Shown one piece after another: positions 20,734 to 28,712 of a stretch of 34,249 bases of DNA. A program made the translations under genes and the position numbers. Under the pieces are notes generated by a model that saw only the letters and a program-made list of their open reading frames with translations, made no database searches and was not told the DNA's origin. The stretch spans positions 1 through 34,249 of the forward strand of contig CALGNJ010000038.1 of NCBI GenBank assembly GCA_937958705.1, read 5' to 3'. Origin of the DNA: Minisyncoccota bacterium. Lineage in GTDB: Bacteria > Patescibacteriota > Minisyncoccia > Phycocordibacterales > GCA-2747955. Position 1 is the stretch's first letter. Each line of letters begins with the position of its first letter.

Positions 20734-21312
20734 TTATGTATTGTTATATCGACGAATTACTGATATCACCTTTGCCTCTACATCCAAAGACCCTTCTGGG
20801 TAAATATCATCATACTCATCATTTGCTGCCTCTAAGTAATATGCATCTGTCTGCTTGTTGTGTCGCAAGTATTTTAAAGTGAAAGAACCATCTACATCAG
20901 CGACAACAATGTCTCCAGGTTTTACATTTCTGGTTCTCTCAACAAGTACATAATCTCCATTCATAATTCCTGCGTCTTTCATTGACGGACCTTTTACTTT
21001 TAAAAGATAACTTGCTTCTTTGTCATCAACCAACCATTCATCAAGAGACATGGTGTCAATTTCTTGCTCTTCTACTGGGGCTGGAAATCCTGCCTCTACA
21101 AGACCGAGTAGTCTAATTGAGTATGGACTAAATGTTGGAATAAGCCTTCCCTTCTTATCTTTTTCAAGGACGCCGTACCGAGCTAATTTAGTAACAAGCT
21201 TAGAGGCTGCATTTTTACTTTTATAATTAAAAATTTCACATATTTCACTATATGTAGGCATGCGTTTATGATTTCTATAAAATGCTTGAATGATCTGGGC
21301 TTTCTCTTCCAT
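20734..21312 (-). CDS. lexA: LexA-family repressor (winged HTH plus S24 peptidase) with a UmuD-like C-terminal domain
   Basis: MPTYSEICEIFNYKSKNA HTH, VEAG/FP cleavage site, catalytic Ser (KGPSM) and Lys (FTLK). Confidence 0.85.
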   Translation of the reverse strand: MEEKAQIIQAFYRNHKRMPTYSEICEIFNYKSKNAASKLVTKLARYGVLEKDKKGRLIPTFSPYSIRLLGLVEAGFPAPVEEQEIDTMSLDEWLVDDKEASYLLKVKGPSMKDAGIMNGDYVLVERTRNVKPGDIVVADVDGSFTLKYLRHNKQTDAYYLEAANDEYDDIYPEGSLDVEAKVISVIRRYNNT

Positions 21313-21325
21313 AATTTAGATAATT

Positions 21326-21373
21326 AAAATGCTAATACATACATATTAGCATTTTGGTGAACGATTGTACACC
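21326..21373. promoter_or_regulatory. Two adjacent palindromes upstream of lexA (candidate SOS operator and terminator/operator)
   Basis: aaaatgctaata-N6-tattagcatttt (21326-21355) and GGTGAAC-gatt-GTACACC (21356-21373). Confidence 0.65.
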
Positions 21374-21388
21374 TATCTCTGTGTGCAA

Positions 21389-22129
21389 CTATTTTCTAGA
21401 GTTTCTCCATTGATACATTGCAATTGCTGTTGATGTACCCGCATTGAGTGACTCACACTCTGGCTCCATTGGAATTGAAAGCAATATGTCACAAGCCTCT
21501 TTTGTTTTCTTTCTAATCCCCTCTCCTTCATTACCAACAACAAGCGCTGTAGGTGCATCAAATACTTCATTTGTGATTGATTGTTTTGATTCACCGTCTA
21601 AGCCATAAATCCAGAATCCAGCCTTCTTAAGGTCCGCTAGTGCTTGGTTTACATTTCCAATTGAAACAAGTGGAATCCTAAAAGCCATTCCGACTGAGAC
21701 TTTAATTACTGTCGCATTCACTTTTGCTTGTTTGTGAGTTGGGATCAAGATACCAGAAATACCAAATGCTGCTGCTGAACGAATCATTGATCCTACATTT
21801 TGTGGATCTTGTACTTCTCCTAAAACGAGTACTCCTGTCTTCGAGGTTGGTTCAAGACTCTTAATAAAGTCATCAAAATCTTGCATGATTCCTTCCTGAT
21901 AGATTTCCGCAACAACACCTTGGTGAACCGCATCTTTTGGAACACCTTTGGGCATATGTCGTGAATCAAAAGACTCGGACTTAATACCTTGATCTTTTAC
22001 GTACTGATACATATGTTGTTTTGCATCAGCCCCTGATTGAAACATGACTCGTTTAAAAATGTGAGGCATGTGCAACAACGCCTCTTTGACGGGATGTTTC
22101 CCATAAATGTATGTAGTGTCTTTCTTCAT
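21389..22129 (-). CDS. rlmB: 23S rRNA 2'-O-methyltransferase, TrmH/RlmB family
   Basis: IYGKHPVKEAL, HQGVVA, QDPQNVGSMIRSA, VGNEGEG and ESLNAG. The start is set to the ATG at 22129 (MKKDTTY). Confidence 0.9.
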   Translation of the reverse strand: MKKDTTYIYGKHPVKEALLHMPHIFKRVMFQSGADAKQHMYQYVKDQGIKSESFDSRHMPKGVPKDAVHQGVVAEIYQEGIMQDFDDFIKSLEPTSKTGVLVLGEVQDPQNVGSMIRSAAAFGISGILIPTHKQAKVNATVIKVSVGMAFRIPLVSIGNVNQALADLKKAGFWIYGLDGESKQSITNEVFDAPTALVVGNEGEGIRKKTKEACDILLSIPMEPECESLNAGTSTAIAMYQWRNSRK

Positions 22130-22208
22130 GCCGGAAGTATACCAGAAATATACACAACAAAGAAAAACAAACCGTACGGTTTGTTTCTCTTTGATTCTAC
22201 TTGATTCT

Positions 22209-23708
22209 TTATAGTTCGTCTTCTGCATCCTTAGCAAGCTGTTCTGCCTCTTCTGCTTGTTCTTCTGCGTCCTCTGCTTTTTTGATTGCTTTATCGTAAT
22301 CTTCATCCTCATACTCCTTCTCTGCATCCTCAAGATCATCCTTTGCATCATCATACTTCTCATCAGCCTCTTTCAATTTATCTTCAGCATCGTCTACATT
22401 ATCACCGTCATCTTCAGCCTCTTTTATCTTGTCTTCAGCTTCATTGATTTCTTTCTTTGCGTCATCAAGTGCATCCTCTGCGTCATCAATTGCTTTCTTA
22501 GCGTCATCTTTGAGTGATTCTCCATCTTTGGCAATTTTTTCCGCATCTTTGGCTAAGTCCTCAGCATCTTTTGCCAAATCTTCAGCCTTTTCATAATTCT
22601 TATCATCATACTCGTCTTTTGCTTCATCGTACCTCTCATCAGCCTCTTTCAATTTATCTTCAGCATCTTCCACATCAACTCCATCATCTTCGGCTTTCTT
22701 GATTTCATCTTCAGCTTCATTAATAGCATCTTTCGCATCATCAAGTGCTTCTTTTGCGTCATCTTTATCTCCATCAGTTTCACCAATTGCATCTTCAGCG
22801 TCTTCAGCCATATCTTCAGCTTCTTTACCAAGTGAGACAGCTAAAGCATATTTTTCCTCATCATATGCGTCTTCTGCCTCTTTAAGTTTATCTTCAGCAT
22901 CTTTAAATAGATCTTCAGCCGTCTCAACGTCTTCACCCTTGTCTTCCTCTTCTTTTATTTCATCCTCAACTTCTTCAAAAGTATCTTCAATATCATCGAG
23001 TGCTCGTTTTGCTTCAATTCGAGTAACCTCATCATCAACCACACTAGTTGTTGAGCCTGAACCGATTGCTGCTTGCGCCTGCTTTGTTTTTGTTAAGGCA
23101 GTATTAGCAGAGGTAATAGCCTTACTTGTCTGATTATCTAGAAAAGCAAAAATAGCATCAAACAGATTTGACTGTGCATCATTTTGCAATGTTTCAGCTG
23201 TAGACGTTTTAAGCTTGTCGCTCTTTGCGTCATTAATCATATTTGTAGTGTTTTCAACTTCAGTTACTGCACTCTTTAGTGCCAGTCTGAGCAGTGCTGA
23301 AAGTCCAGTATTTGCCGGAGTGGTTACTGTAGTAGTTTGAGTTGCAACTGTTGTAGGTGCTACTAAATCAGTTGAGACCCGTGCGTATGTAGCTCGTGAT
23401 ACTGGCCCCCAATACCCTGTTGCCGGAGACACTCCCTGTGCACGTTGCCAATTAATAACAGCTGCTTTTGTTCCACCTGCAAATTTGGTTGTTTCCAGAC
23501 CTGTTGAACCGAGCCCCGATGTTGCAACTGGAAATCCAGATGTGTTTAGAAATTCTTGTAAACACTGCACGTCAGCACCTATGTCTCCAACCTCTAAGTC
23601 TCTATCAAAAGTACATGATGCTGCCTCGGTAAAACTAGGCATCATCAATACTGCCACAAACCCTGCAAGACCCGCCAAAAGTATTTTTAAAGAAGATGTA
23701 TTAACCAT
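22209..23708 (-). CDS. Secreted peptidoglycan-binding-domain protein with acidic helical repeats
   Basis: Signal peptide (TEA/A), a PG_binding_1-like domain (DLEVGDIGADVQCLQEFLN...TGYWGPVSRA), a Thr-rich linker and D/E/K/A repeats. Confidence 0.8.
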   Translation of the reverse strand: MVNTSSLKILLAGLAGFVAVLMMPSFTEAASCTFDRDLEVGDIGADVQCLQEFLNTSGFPVATSGLGSTGLETTKFAGGTKAAVINWQRAQGVSPATGYWGPVSRATYARVSTDLVAPTTVATQTTTVTTPANTGLSALLRLALKSAVTEVENTTNMINDAKSDKLKTSTAETLQNDAQSNLFDAIFAFLDNQTSKAITSANTALTKTKQAQAAIGSGSTTSVVDDEVTRIEAKRALDDIEDTFEEVEDEIKEEEDKGEDVETAEDLFKDAEDKLKEAEDAYDEEKYALAVSLGKEAEDMAEDAEDAIGETDGDKDDAKEALDDAKDAINEAEDEIKKAEDDGVDVEDAEDKLKEADERYDEAKDEYDDKNYEKAEDLAKDAEDLAKDAEKIAKDGESLKDDAKKAIDDAEDALDDAKKEINEAEDKIKEAEDDGDNVDDAEDKLKEADEKYDDAKDDLEDAEKEYEDEDYDKAIKKAEDAEEQAEEAEQLAKDAEDEL

Positions 23709-23815
23709 GATGATTTTTTATGTACTAATAACTCTATTATATACAAGAATTTGTACAAACTTGTGAGAAATTGTGTATAGAAAAAGCAGGGTGCTTTCCC
23801 TGCTCTATTTCTTAA

Positions 23816-24583
23816 TTAGTAGTCACCTTCGTTCTCTTCGTCTTCGTAATCGTCTTCTTCAATTGATGGGTCGTATGCTTCACCGCCCAACCGTTCAATC
23901 ACTTCATGAATCATTTCGTCATGCGCATCATCAGGATTTCCTTCTGCCTCTTCATATAGCTCATTTAGAATCTCTGGTACCTCAACACTCTTGAATCCAG
24001 CTTCAACAATATCTGTCACGTATTCTCGCATTTCTTCAAAAAAATCTTCTCGCTCCATGTGTGCCATACTCTTTTTAGTTAAACGTAATATAGAAGCATC
24101 ATAATATTTTTTTAGGAAGATGCAACACCTTTTACCAACAGTGGGTTTTTTATGTTTGGCTCTGTCAAATACCTCAGCAAACTGTGCGACGTTTGAATAT
24201 ACAAGCTCCGGAAGTGTGTCTTTGTTTACAAATTTTACTTCGTTGCACTCTCGGCTTGGAGTGAAGTCCAGGTGCGGAACAGTTGTCTCATAAAACAGAT
24301 TGGCTATCCAAGACCCTGTCCGATCATGCTGACCTGTTATCACATATACGGGTAGCTCGGCAACATGTGTTGGCGTAATTCCCATCTCTTCTTCCAGTTC
24401 TCGTGTCACGTTTGCTTGTGCACCTTGTCCATACTCCCATCCTCCTCCTGGAAACTCCCATTTTCCGTTTGATTCTTTTGTTATCAAGAACTTGGTTCTT
24501 GTTTCGTCTAGGATTAACGCTTTAGTACTAATTCGGTAAAAATTTGGAGGAATATTTTCATTGTGTTCTGTAGGTGATTTCAT
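23816..24583 (-). CDS. NUDIX hydrolase read in frame into a small acidic protein (internal ATG at 24067)
   Basis: Nudix box WEFPGGGWEYGQ...TRELEEEMG. The acidic last 83 aa start MAHMEREDFF after a linker that looks intergenic. Confidence 0.75.
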   Translation of the reverse strand: MKSPTEHNENIPPNFYRISTKALILDETRTKFLITKESNGKWEFPGGGWEYGQGAQANVTRELEEEMGITPTHVAELPVYVITGQHDRTGSWIANLFYETTVPHLDFTPSRECNEVKFVNKDTLPELVYSNVAQFAEVFDRAKHKKPTVGKRCCIFLKKYYDASILRLTKKSMAHMEREDFFEEMREYVTDIVEAGFKSVEVPEILNELYEEAEGNPDDAHDEMIHEVIERLGGEAYDPSIEEDDYEDEENEGDY

Positions 24584-24678
24584 CTTGTGAGTATAGCAGA
24601 GTATTATTATCTATGGTTAAATTAGACTATAATGAATATTCATGGTATAAAATATCTCGGATCGTGAAGGGAGAAAAA

Positions 24679-25203
24679 GTGATCGACATACAGTTACAAA
24701 ATATATCCGAGGGAATCTATGGTTTTACCATTAATCCTATTGAACGGTCACGGAGAGTGTGGGCGAAGACACTTGATGGCGATGGACACTATGTCCAGTC
24801 AAAAGTTCATGCAATTGTTGATTCTGTACAGAAACACAAATCCGGCGTCCTTTTGCAGGGCGTCATCATTACAGACACTGCAATTAAAAAACCGACTCAG
24901 CGTGCGGCGTACAAAGTCGCAGCTAATCTTGGCTACGGCAACAAAGCCTGCAAAGCTGAGCTTGCCTACTACCTCCGCATGGGCATCTCAAACGCGAAAC
25001 TTGCTGAGATTGGGGCACAGCGGATTATTGTTTCTCATGAACCAATCACATTCGGTGGAACCTCTTATCAACTCGGTATCACGTCGGAGTACTCTGTCTC
25101 AGGTATATTCCCCTATTGGGCGATTACATCAGACGCTCCTTGGCAAAGCCCTCGCGGTAAATGTCCAGATCTCAATGACACAGTATTCGCCTTTGTCATG
25201 TAA
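24679..25203 (+). CDS. Hypothetical protein
   Basis: Open frame. The GTG at 24679 is preceded by AAGGGAGAAAAA and a TAGACT..TATAAA promoter-like pair, and a terminator hairpin follows at ~25227-25253. Confidence 0.6.
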   Translation: MIDIQLQNISEGIYGFTINPIERSRRVWAKTLDGDGHYVQSKVHAIVDSVQKHKSGVLLQGVIITDTAIKKPTQRAAYKVAANLGYGNKACKAELAYYLRMGISNAKLAEIGAQRIIVSHEPITFGGTSYQLGITSEYSVSGIFPYWAITSDAPWQSPRGKCPDLNDTVFAFVM

Positions 25204-25255
25204 TACAAATAAAATCCTTTCAGGTAGCGCACCATTTCATGGTGCGTCTTTTTTA

Positions 25256-25660
25256 TTAAAAATCTAATTCGAGATCATTGAGCAAAATATCTTCATTCTC
25301 TAGAACCTCTTGAATATCTTGCACGTGAAAAACTGCTGGATGTAGCTGCATAAGTGACCGCTTAGAATCCTCACCTACAATATAGATTTTATTTGCCTTA
25401 CTGTTCGATAGTGCAATTCCTAGCTCTACAAACATGTCGGTACCTTCTGAGTCACTTATCAATACAAAAATATCTGCCTCTAACACTTGTTCTACTATTC
25501 GCTCCGAAAAGGCAGTAACTTCTGGATTATTCTCAAATGAATTAAATTTCTCAACATATAACCACTCAGAAAGCACTTCTTCTCCTACCTCAGTAAGTTT
25601 ATCTGCCAAAGCTCTTAATGTTGTCTGATGACGTGTTCGTGATGCTAGGTACCATTTCAT
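25256..25660 (-). CDS. Nucleoside 2-deoxyribosyltransferase-like protein
   Basis: MKWYLAS start and ADIFVLISDSEGTDMFVELGIAL motif. Confidence 0.6.
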   Translation of the reverse strand: MKWYLASRTRHQTTLRALADKLTEVGEEVLSEWLYVEKFNSFENNPEVTAFSERIVEQVLEADIFVLISDSEGTDMFVELGIALSNSKANKIYIVGEDSKRSLMQLHPAVFHVQDIQEVLENEDILLNDLELDF

Positions 25661-25713
25661 AAGCAAAGTATATCAAATCAAAATAGCCCTTACGGACTAT
25701 CTTTAGATATACG

Positions 25714-25882
25714 TGCTACCGGACTAAGACTCAGCGCCAGTTCTAATTCACTACGTTCATAAGAACTCGCTGCCCCGTCCCTCACCTCCTCACTTCGTTT
25801 GTCGAGAGTTCGGTCTTGTTCGAGTCCAGTTCCAATAGGTATAACAAAATCACCCAGCCTATTCAGACTGGGTTCATTTGTT
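25714..25882. repeat. tRNA-Gln trailer element: direct and inverted copies of the tRNA 3' end around TCACT(A/T)CGT-capped hairpins
   Basis: 25714-25732 matches 25886-25904 at 18/19 nt. An inverted T-arm copy gttcgagtcc lies at 25818-25827. Confidence 0.75.
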
Positions 25883-25887
25883 ACATG

Positions 25888-25958
25888 CTACCGGACTAGG
25901 ACTCGAACCTAGATTGCCTGGACCAAAACCAGGTGTCCTGCCATTAGACGATCCGGTA
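25888..25958 (-). tRNA. tRNA-Gln (UUG)
   Basis: Acceptor TACCGGA/TCCGGTA, anticodon arm CCTGG-TT-TTG-GT-CCAGG, T arm CTAGG-TTCGAGT-CCTAG. CCA is not encoded. Confidence 0.95.
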
Positions 25959-26003
25959 ATGTGGATCTGTGATAATTTTATTAGTTATTTTCTAACCAGG
26001 CAA

Positions 26004-26068
26004 GCCTGGACCGCTATAGTCTTAATTGCAGGTGTCCTGCCATTAGACGATCCGGTAGTGTGGATCTG
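26004..26068 (-). pseudogene. Degenerate tandem copy of the tRNA-Gln 5' half with a replaced anticodon loop
   Basis: 26029-26068 matches 25930-25969 at 39/40 nt, and gcctggacc recurs at 26004-26012. No T arm or 3' acceptor strand follows. Confidence 0.75.
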
Positions 26069-26118
26069 ATGTGCGATAAGATGTTGTTCAAGAATCGGCA
26101 CGGTTTTAAATCAAGGCC

Positions 26119-26286
26119 GCGGGTGATTCGAAATCGGGATCAAGTCTCTAAACTCACTTCGTTCGTTAAGAGCTTCCTCCCCGGGCTCACCTAGTCACTT
26201 CGTGACTTATGGCTCCGCCTTTCGATTCTCTACACAAGCAAAGCAGTTTGCTTGCTCATCACCCTTGAAAACGCGTATGCGTTTTC
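26119..26286. repeat. tRNA-Trp trailer element with the same architecture as the tRNA-Gln trailer
   Basis: Direct copy gcgggtgat at 26119-26127. Inverted copy ttcgattctc...ctcatcaccc at 26221-26264. Hairpins are capped by ctcacttcgttcg and tcacttcgtga. Confidence 0.75.
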
Positions 26287-26288
26287 TG

Positions 26289-26359
26289 CGGGTGATGAGA
26301 GAATCGAACTCCCGACGGCGGTTTTGGAGACCGCAGTTATACCACTTAACTAATCACCC
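26289..26359 (-). tRNA. tRNA-Trp (CCA)
   Basis: Acceptor GGGTGAT/ATCACCC, anticodon arm GCGGT-CT-CCA-AA-ACCGC, T arm GGGAG-TTCGATT-CTCTC. Confidence 0.95.
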
Positions 26360-26436
26360 AATGGCTGACATTATAACTGATATTAGTTATAAGTGCACCA
26401 TTTTTACTAACAAAGAGCGCGCCGGGGCGCGTGTCT

Positions 26437-26592
26437 TTATTTTTTAGTCTCTTTGTACGTTACGTGTTTTCGTGCAATAGGATCAAACTTCTTAAACGAT
26501 AGTTTATTTTCTACTGACTTTTTGTTACGTCGTGTGTACCGGATGTGTCCAGTCTCTTCTGACTTAACTTTTACAAGATGTTTCTGTGCCAT
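26437..26592 (-). CDS. rpmG: 50S ribosomal protein L33 (cysteine-free form)
   Basis: [12 protein letters not shown]...[18 protein letters not shown], with ATG at 26592. Confidence 0.93.
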   Translation of the reverse strand: MAQKHLVKVKSEETGHIRYTRRNKKSVENKLSFKKFDPIARKHVTYKETKK

Positions 26593-26678
26593 AATGTGAA
26601 GTATCATACTAAAAAACATACAAAAAGCAACTGTATTACTTGGTATAAAAAATCACGCTCATGCGTGATTTTTTACTT

Positions 26679-27002
26679 TTAGCAAACTTTCTTTTTTGCT
26701 TTGAAGTGTTGTGTAAGTAGGTAGTACACAGTAAGTCGCGATTTTGTTCGATCCTTCTTCATAGTCGCTGCAACCATTTCGATTGCCTCATCTGCTTTTG
26801 CTTTGCTTTTTACTCCAAGCCGTCCCATTACAAAGTTTCTTCGTACTCGTCCCACCTCTTTTGCGTCTGAGAATGCTACAAGTCGTGCATCCCTTCGCGC
26901 CAATGATCCTGCTAGACGTCGGTATAGAGCTTCCACAAGTTCCATATCCGGCTTTTTGTCATACTTCTTGATATCTTCAAGATGTTTTTTATCCATTGCC
27001 AT
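26679..27002 (-). CDS. DUF2853-like protein
   Basis: DIKKYD..PDMELV, RDARLVAFSDAKE..RVRRNF...LG and KSRLTVYYLL match my recollection of the family. Confidence 0.7.
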   Translation of the reverse strand: MAMDKKHLEDIKKYDKKPDMELVEALYRRLAGSLARRDARLVAFSDAKEVGRVRRNFVMGRLGVKSKAKADEAIEMVAATMKKDRTKSRLTVYYLLTQHFKAKKKVC

Positions 27003-27069
27003 ATGTCTGTACTATTGATTTATTAATAATGAGTTTATTATACCCATAAAAGTTACAGCCATGCAATAG

Positions 27070-27657
27070 CTACATGTTATCTATTATCTCTTGAACTTCA
27101 GACCATGATGAACATATTGCATGTGTATCTCCCTGTTCAAAAATCTCACGTGAATGCAATCCAAATGTTACACCTATTGTCTTAATCCCAAACTCGTTAC
27201 CTTCGTGCACATCTCCTAAAGTGTCTGTAATAAAAATAGTCTCCTCTTTACTAAACCCATGTTTATCCGCAATAGCCCCAAACTTAATAACTTTTGATTT
27301 TGAAGCTCTGTAGCCGAGTACCTCTAAAAAATATCTTCTCACGCCGTTTCGAATTAGGTACTCTTCGATAATCAACTCATCGCTAGAAGATACAATTGCT
27401 AACTTCTTATCTTTGTTTGCTTCCAAGAAGTCTTTTGTTTCTTTGGTGGTTGAGTATCCATCGTAGTACCTTTTCATGTCAGTGAAAAAACTATCATTAT
27501 TCACCTTCTTTATCTCCTTGTCGTCATGTATATTCCCCATGAAAGCATTCCGGGTCTGTTCTCGTGAAAAACCTGAATATTTTTGATTTAAATCGTACAT
27601 TGCTTCTGTACTATCATGAATCACCCCATCAAAGTCAAAAATAATATTCTTAATCAT
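27070..27657 (-). CDS. HAD-superfamily hydrolase
   Basis: IIFDFDGVIHDS, IVSS and FITDTLGDV. The ATG at 27657 overlaps the dnaX stop. Confidence 0.9.
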   Translation of the reverse strand: MIKNIIFDFDGVIHDSTEAMYDLNQKYSGFSREQTRNAFMGNIHDDKEIKKVNNDSFFTDMKRYYDGYSTTKETKDFLEANKDKKLAIVSSSDELIIEEYLIRNGVRRYFLEVLGYRASKSKVIKFGAIADKHGFSKEETIFITDTLGDVHEGNEFGIKTIGVTFGLHSREIFEQGDTHAICSSWSEVQEIIDNM

Positions 27658-28681
27658 TTTGTGATTCAAATAAGTTAAATAAGTATAGTTCAAACGTCGC
27701 TTCTGGATTCTGAGAAGCATCAAAAGAAGTAACCACCTTGATTAAATCTTGGAGATGTTTTGATGTAATCTTTTCCATTTTTTCATATGTCGCAACTTTG
27801 TCTACGCCTGAATCAAGAGCTAGGTGCTCTTTATGTGCTTTTGAGTACCTCACCAAAAGTACGTTGCGGACTTCCTCTAATACATTCTTCACAAAAACCT
27901 CTCTGTCTATGCTCAGGTCTTTAGTCTCATGATATACAGAGAATACCTCATCCCTATCTCGATTATTTAGCGCCTCAATAAACTTTACTACCAGATCATT
28001 ATCAGACACATTCATTATTTGTGAGACTTGTTCAAAAGATATATCTCCCTCTACGTATGCAAATACCTTTTGTAAGTGAGACAACGTGTCTCTAAAGGAT
28101 CCATCTCCCAAAGACGCAATAAATTGGGCTGACTCTGCATCAATCTTTCTTTCTTCCAGGCCACATACCTTCTCCACTAGCTCTACCAATAGTGCGCTAT
28201 CTGGTCTATTAAAATCAAAAACCTGACACCTGGAGATAATAGTGTCTAAAATCTTGTGTTTTTCTGTTGTCGCAAGGATAAACAGCACGTGGGATGGTGG
28301 TTCCTCAAGTGTCTTTAACAGAGCGTTAAATGCCTCCTTGGTGAGCATATGCACCTCATCAATGATATACACCTTATAATCTGAATTAAAAGGTCGTGTG
28401 TCGACACCAGCACGTAGTTCGCGTATCTCACCAATACCTCGATTAGATGCTGCGTCGATTTCATAGATATCCTGATCTGATGTTCCAAGCTCTTTTGCAA
28501 AGATACGAGCAATAGACGTCTTCCCTGTTCCTCTCGTTCCTGAAAATAAGTATGAGTGCGAAATTGACCCCTGCTTAATTGAGTTCTGCAACACAGAGAT
28601 AACTTCGTCTTGTCCTAAGATGTCTTTAAATTTTTGTGGACGATATTTTCTATACAGTGTTTCTGAAATTACTTGTGTCAT
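27650..28681 (-). CDS. dnaX: DNA polymerase III subunit gamma/tau (short form)
   Basis: LYRKYRPQ, GTRGTGKTS, EIDAASN, IIDEVHML, NALLKTLEEPP, SRCQ. Confidence 0.95.
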   Translation of the reverse strand: MTQVISETLYRKYRPQKFKDILGQDEVISVLQNSIKQGSISHSYLFSGTRGTGKTSIARIFAKELGTSDQDIYEIDAASNRGIGEIRELRAGVDTRPFNSDYKVYIIDEVHMLTKEAFNALLKTLEEPPSHVLFILATTEKHKILDTIISRCQVFDFNRPDSALLVELVEKVCGLEERKIDAESAQFIASLGDGSFRDTLSHLQKVFAYVEGDISFEQVSQIMNVSDNDLVVKFIEALNNRDRDEVFSVYHETKDLSIDREVFVKNVLEEVRNVLLVRYSKAHKEHLALDSGVDKVATYEKMEKITSKHLQDLIKVVTSFDASQNPEATFELYLFNLFESQND

Positions 28682-28712
28682 ATTGTTTTCATTATAACAA
28701 AGAGAGCTGGTC

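Noticed and set aside
22130..22363. Long N-terminal extension on rlmB in the ORF track
   Set aside because: It is an alternative-frame overlap with the acidic repeat gene. The family-like sequence and a -10 box point to the ATG at 22129.
22209..23040. Diversity-generating retroelement template/variable repeat pair
   Set aside because: The repeats are short intragenic coding duplications, I saw no adenine-specific mismatch pattern, and there is no reverse transcriptase in the window.
25700..26290. CRISPR array or prophage att sites near the tRNAs
   Set aside because: There is no regular repeat-spacer periodicity and no cas or integrase gene, and only ~100-170 bp separate the repeats.
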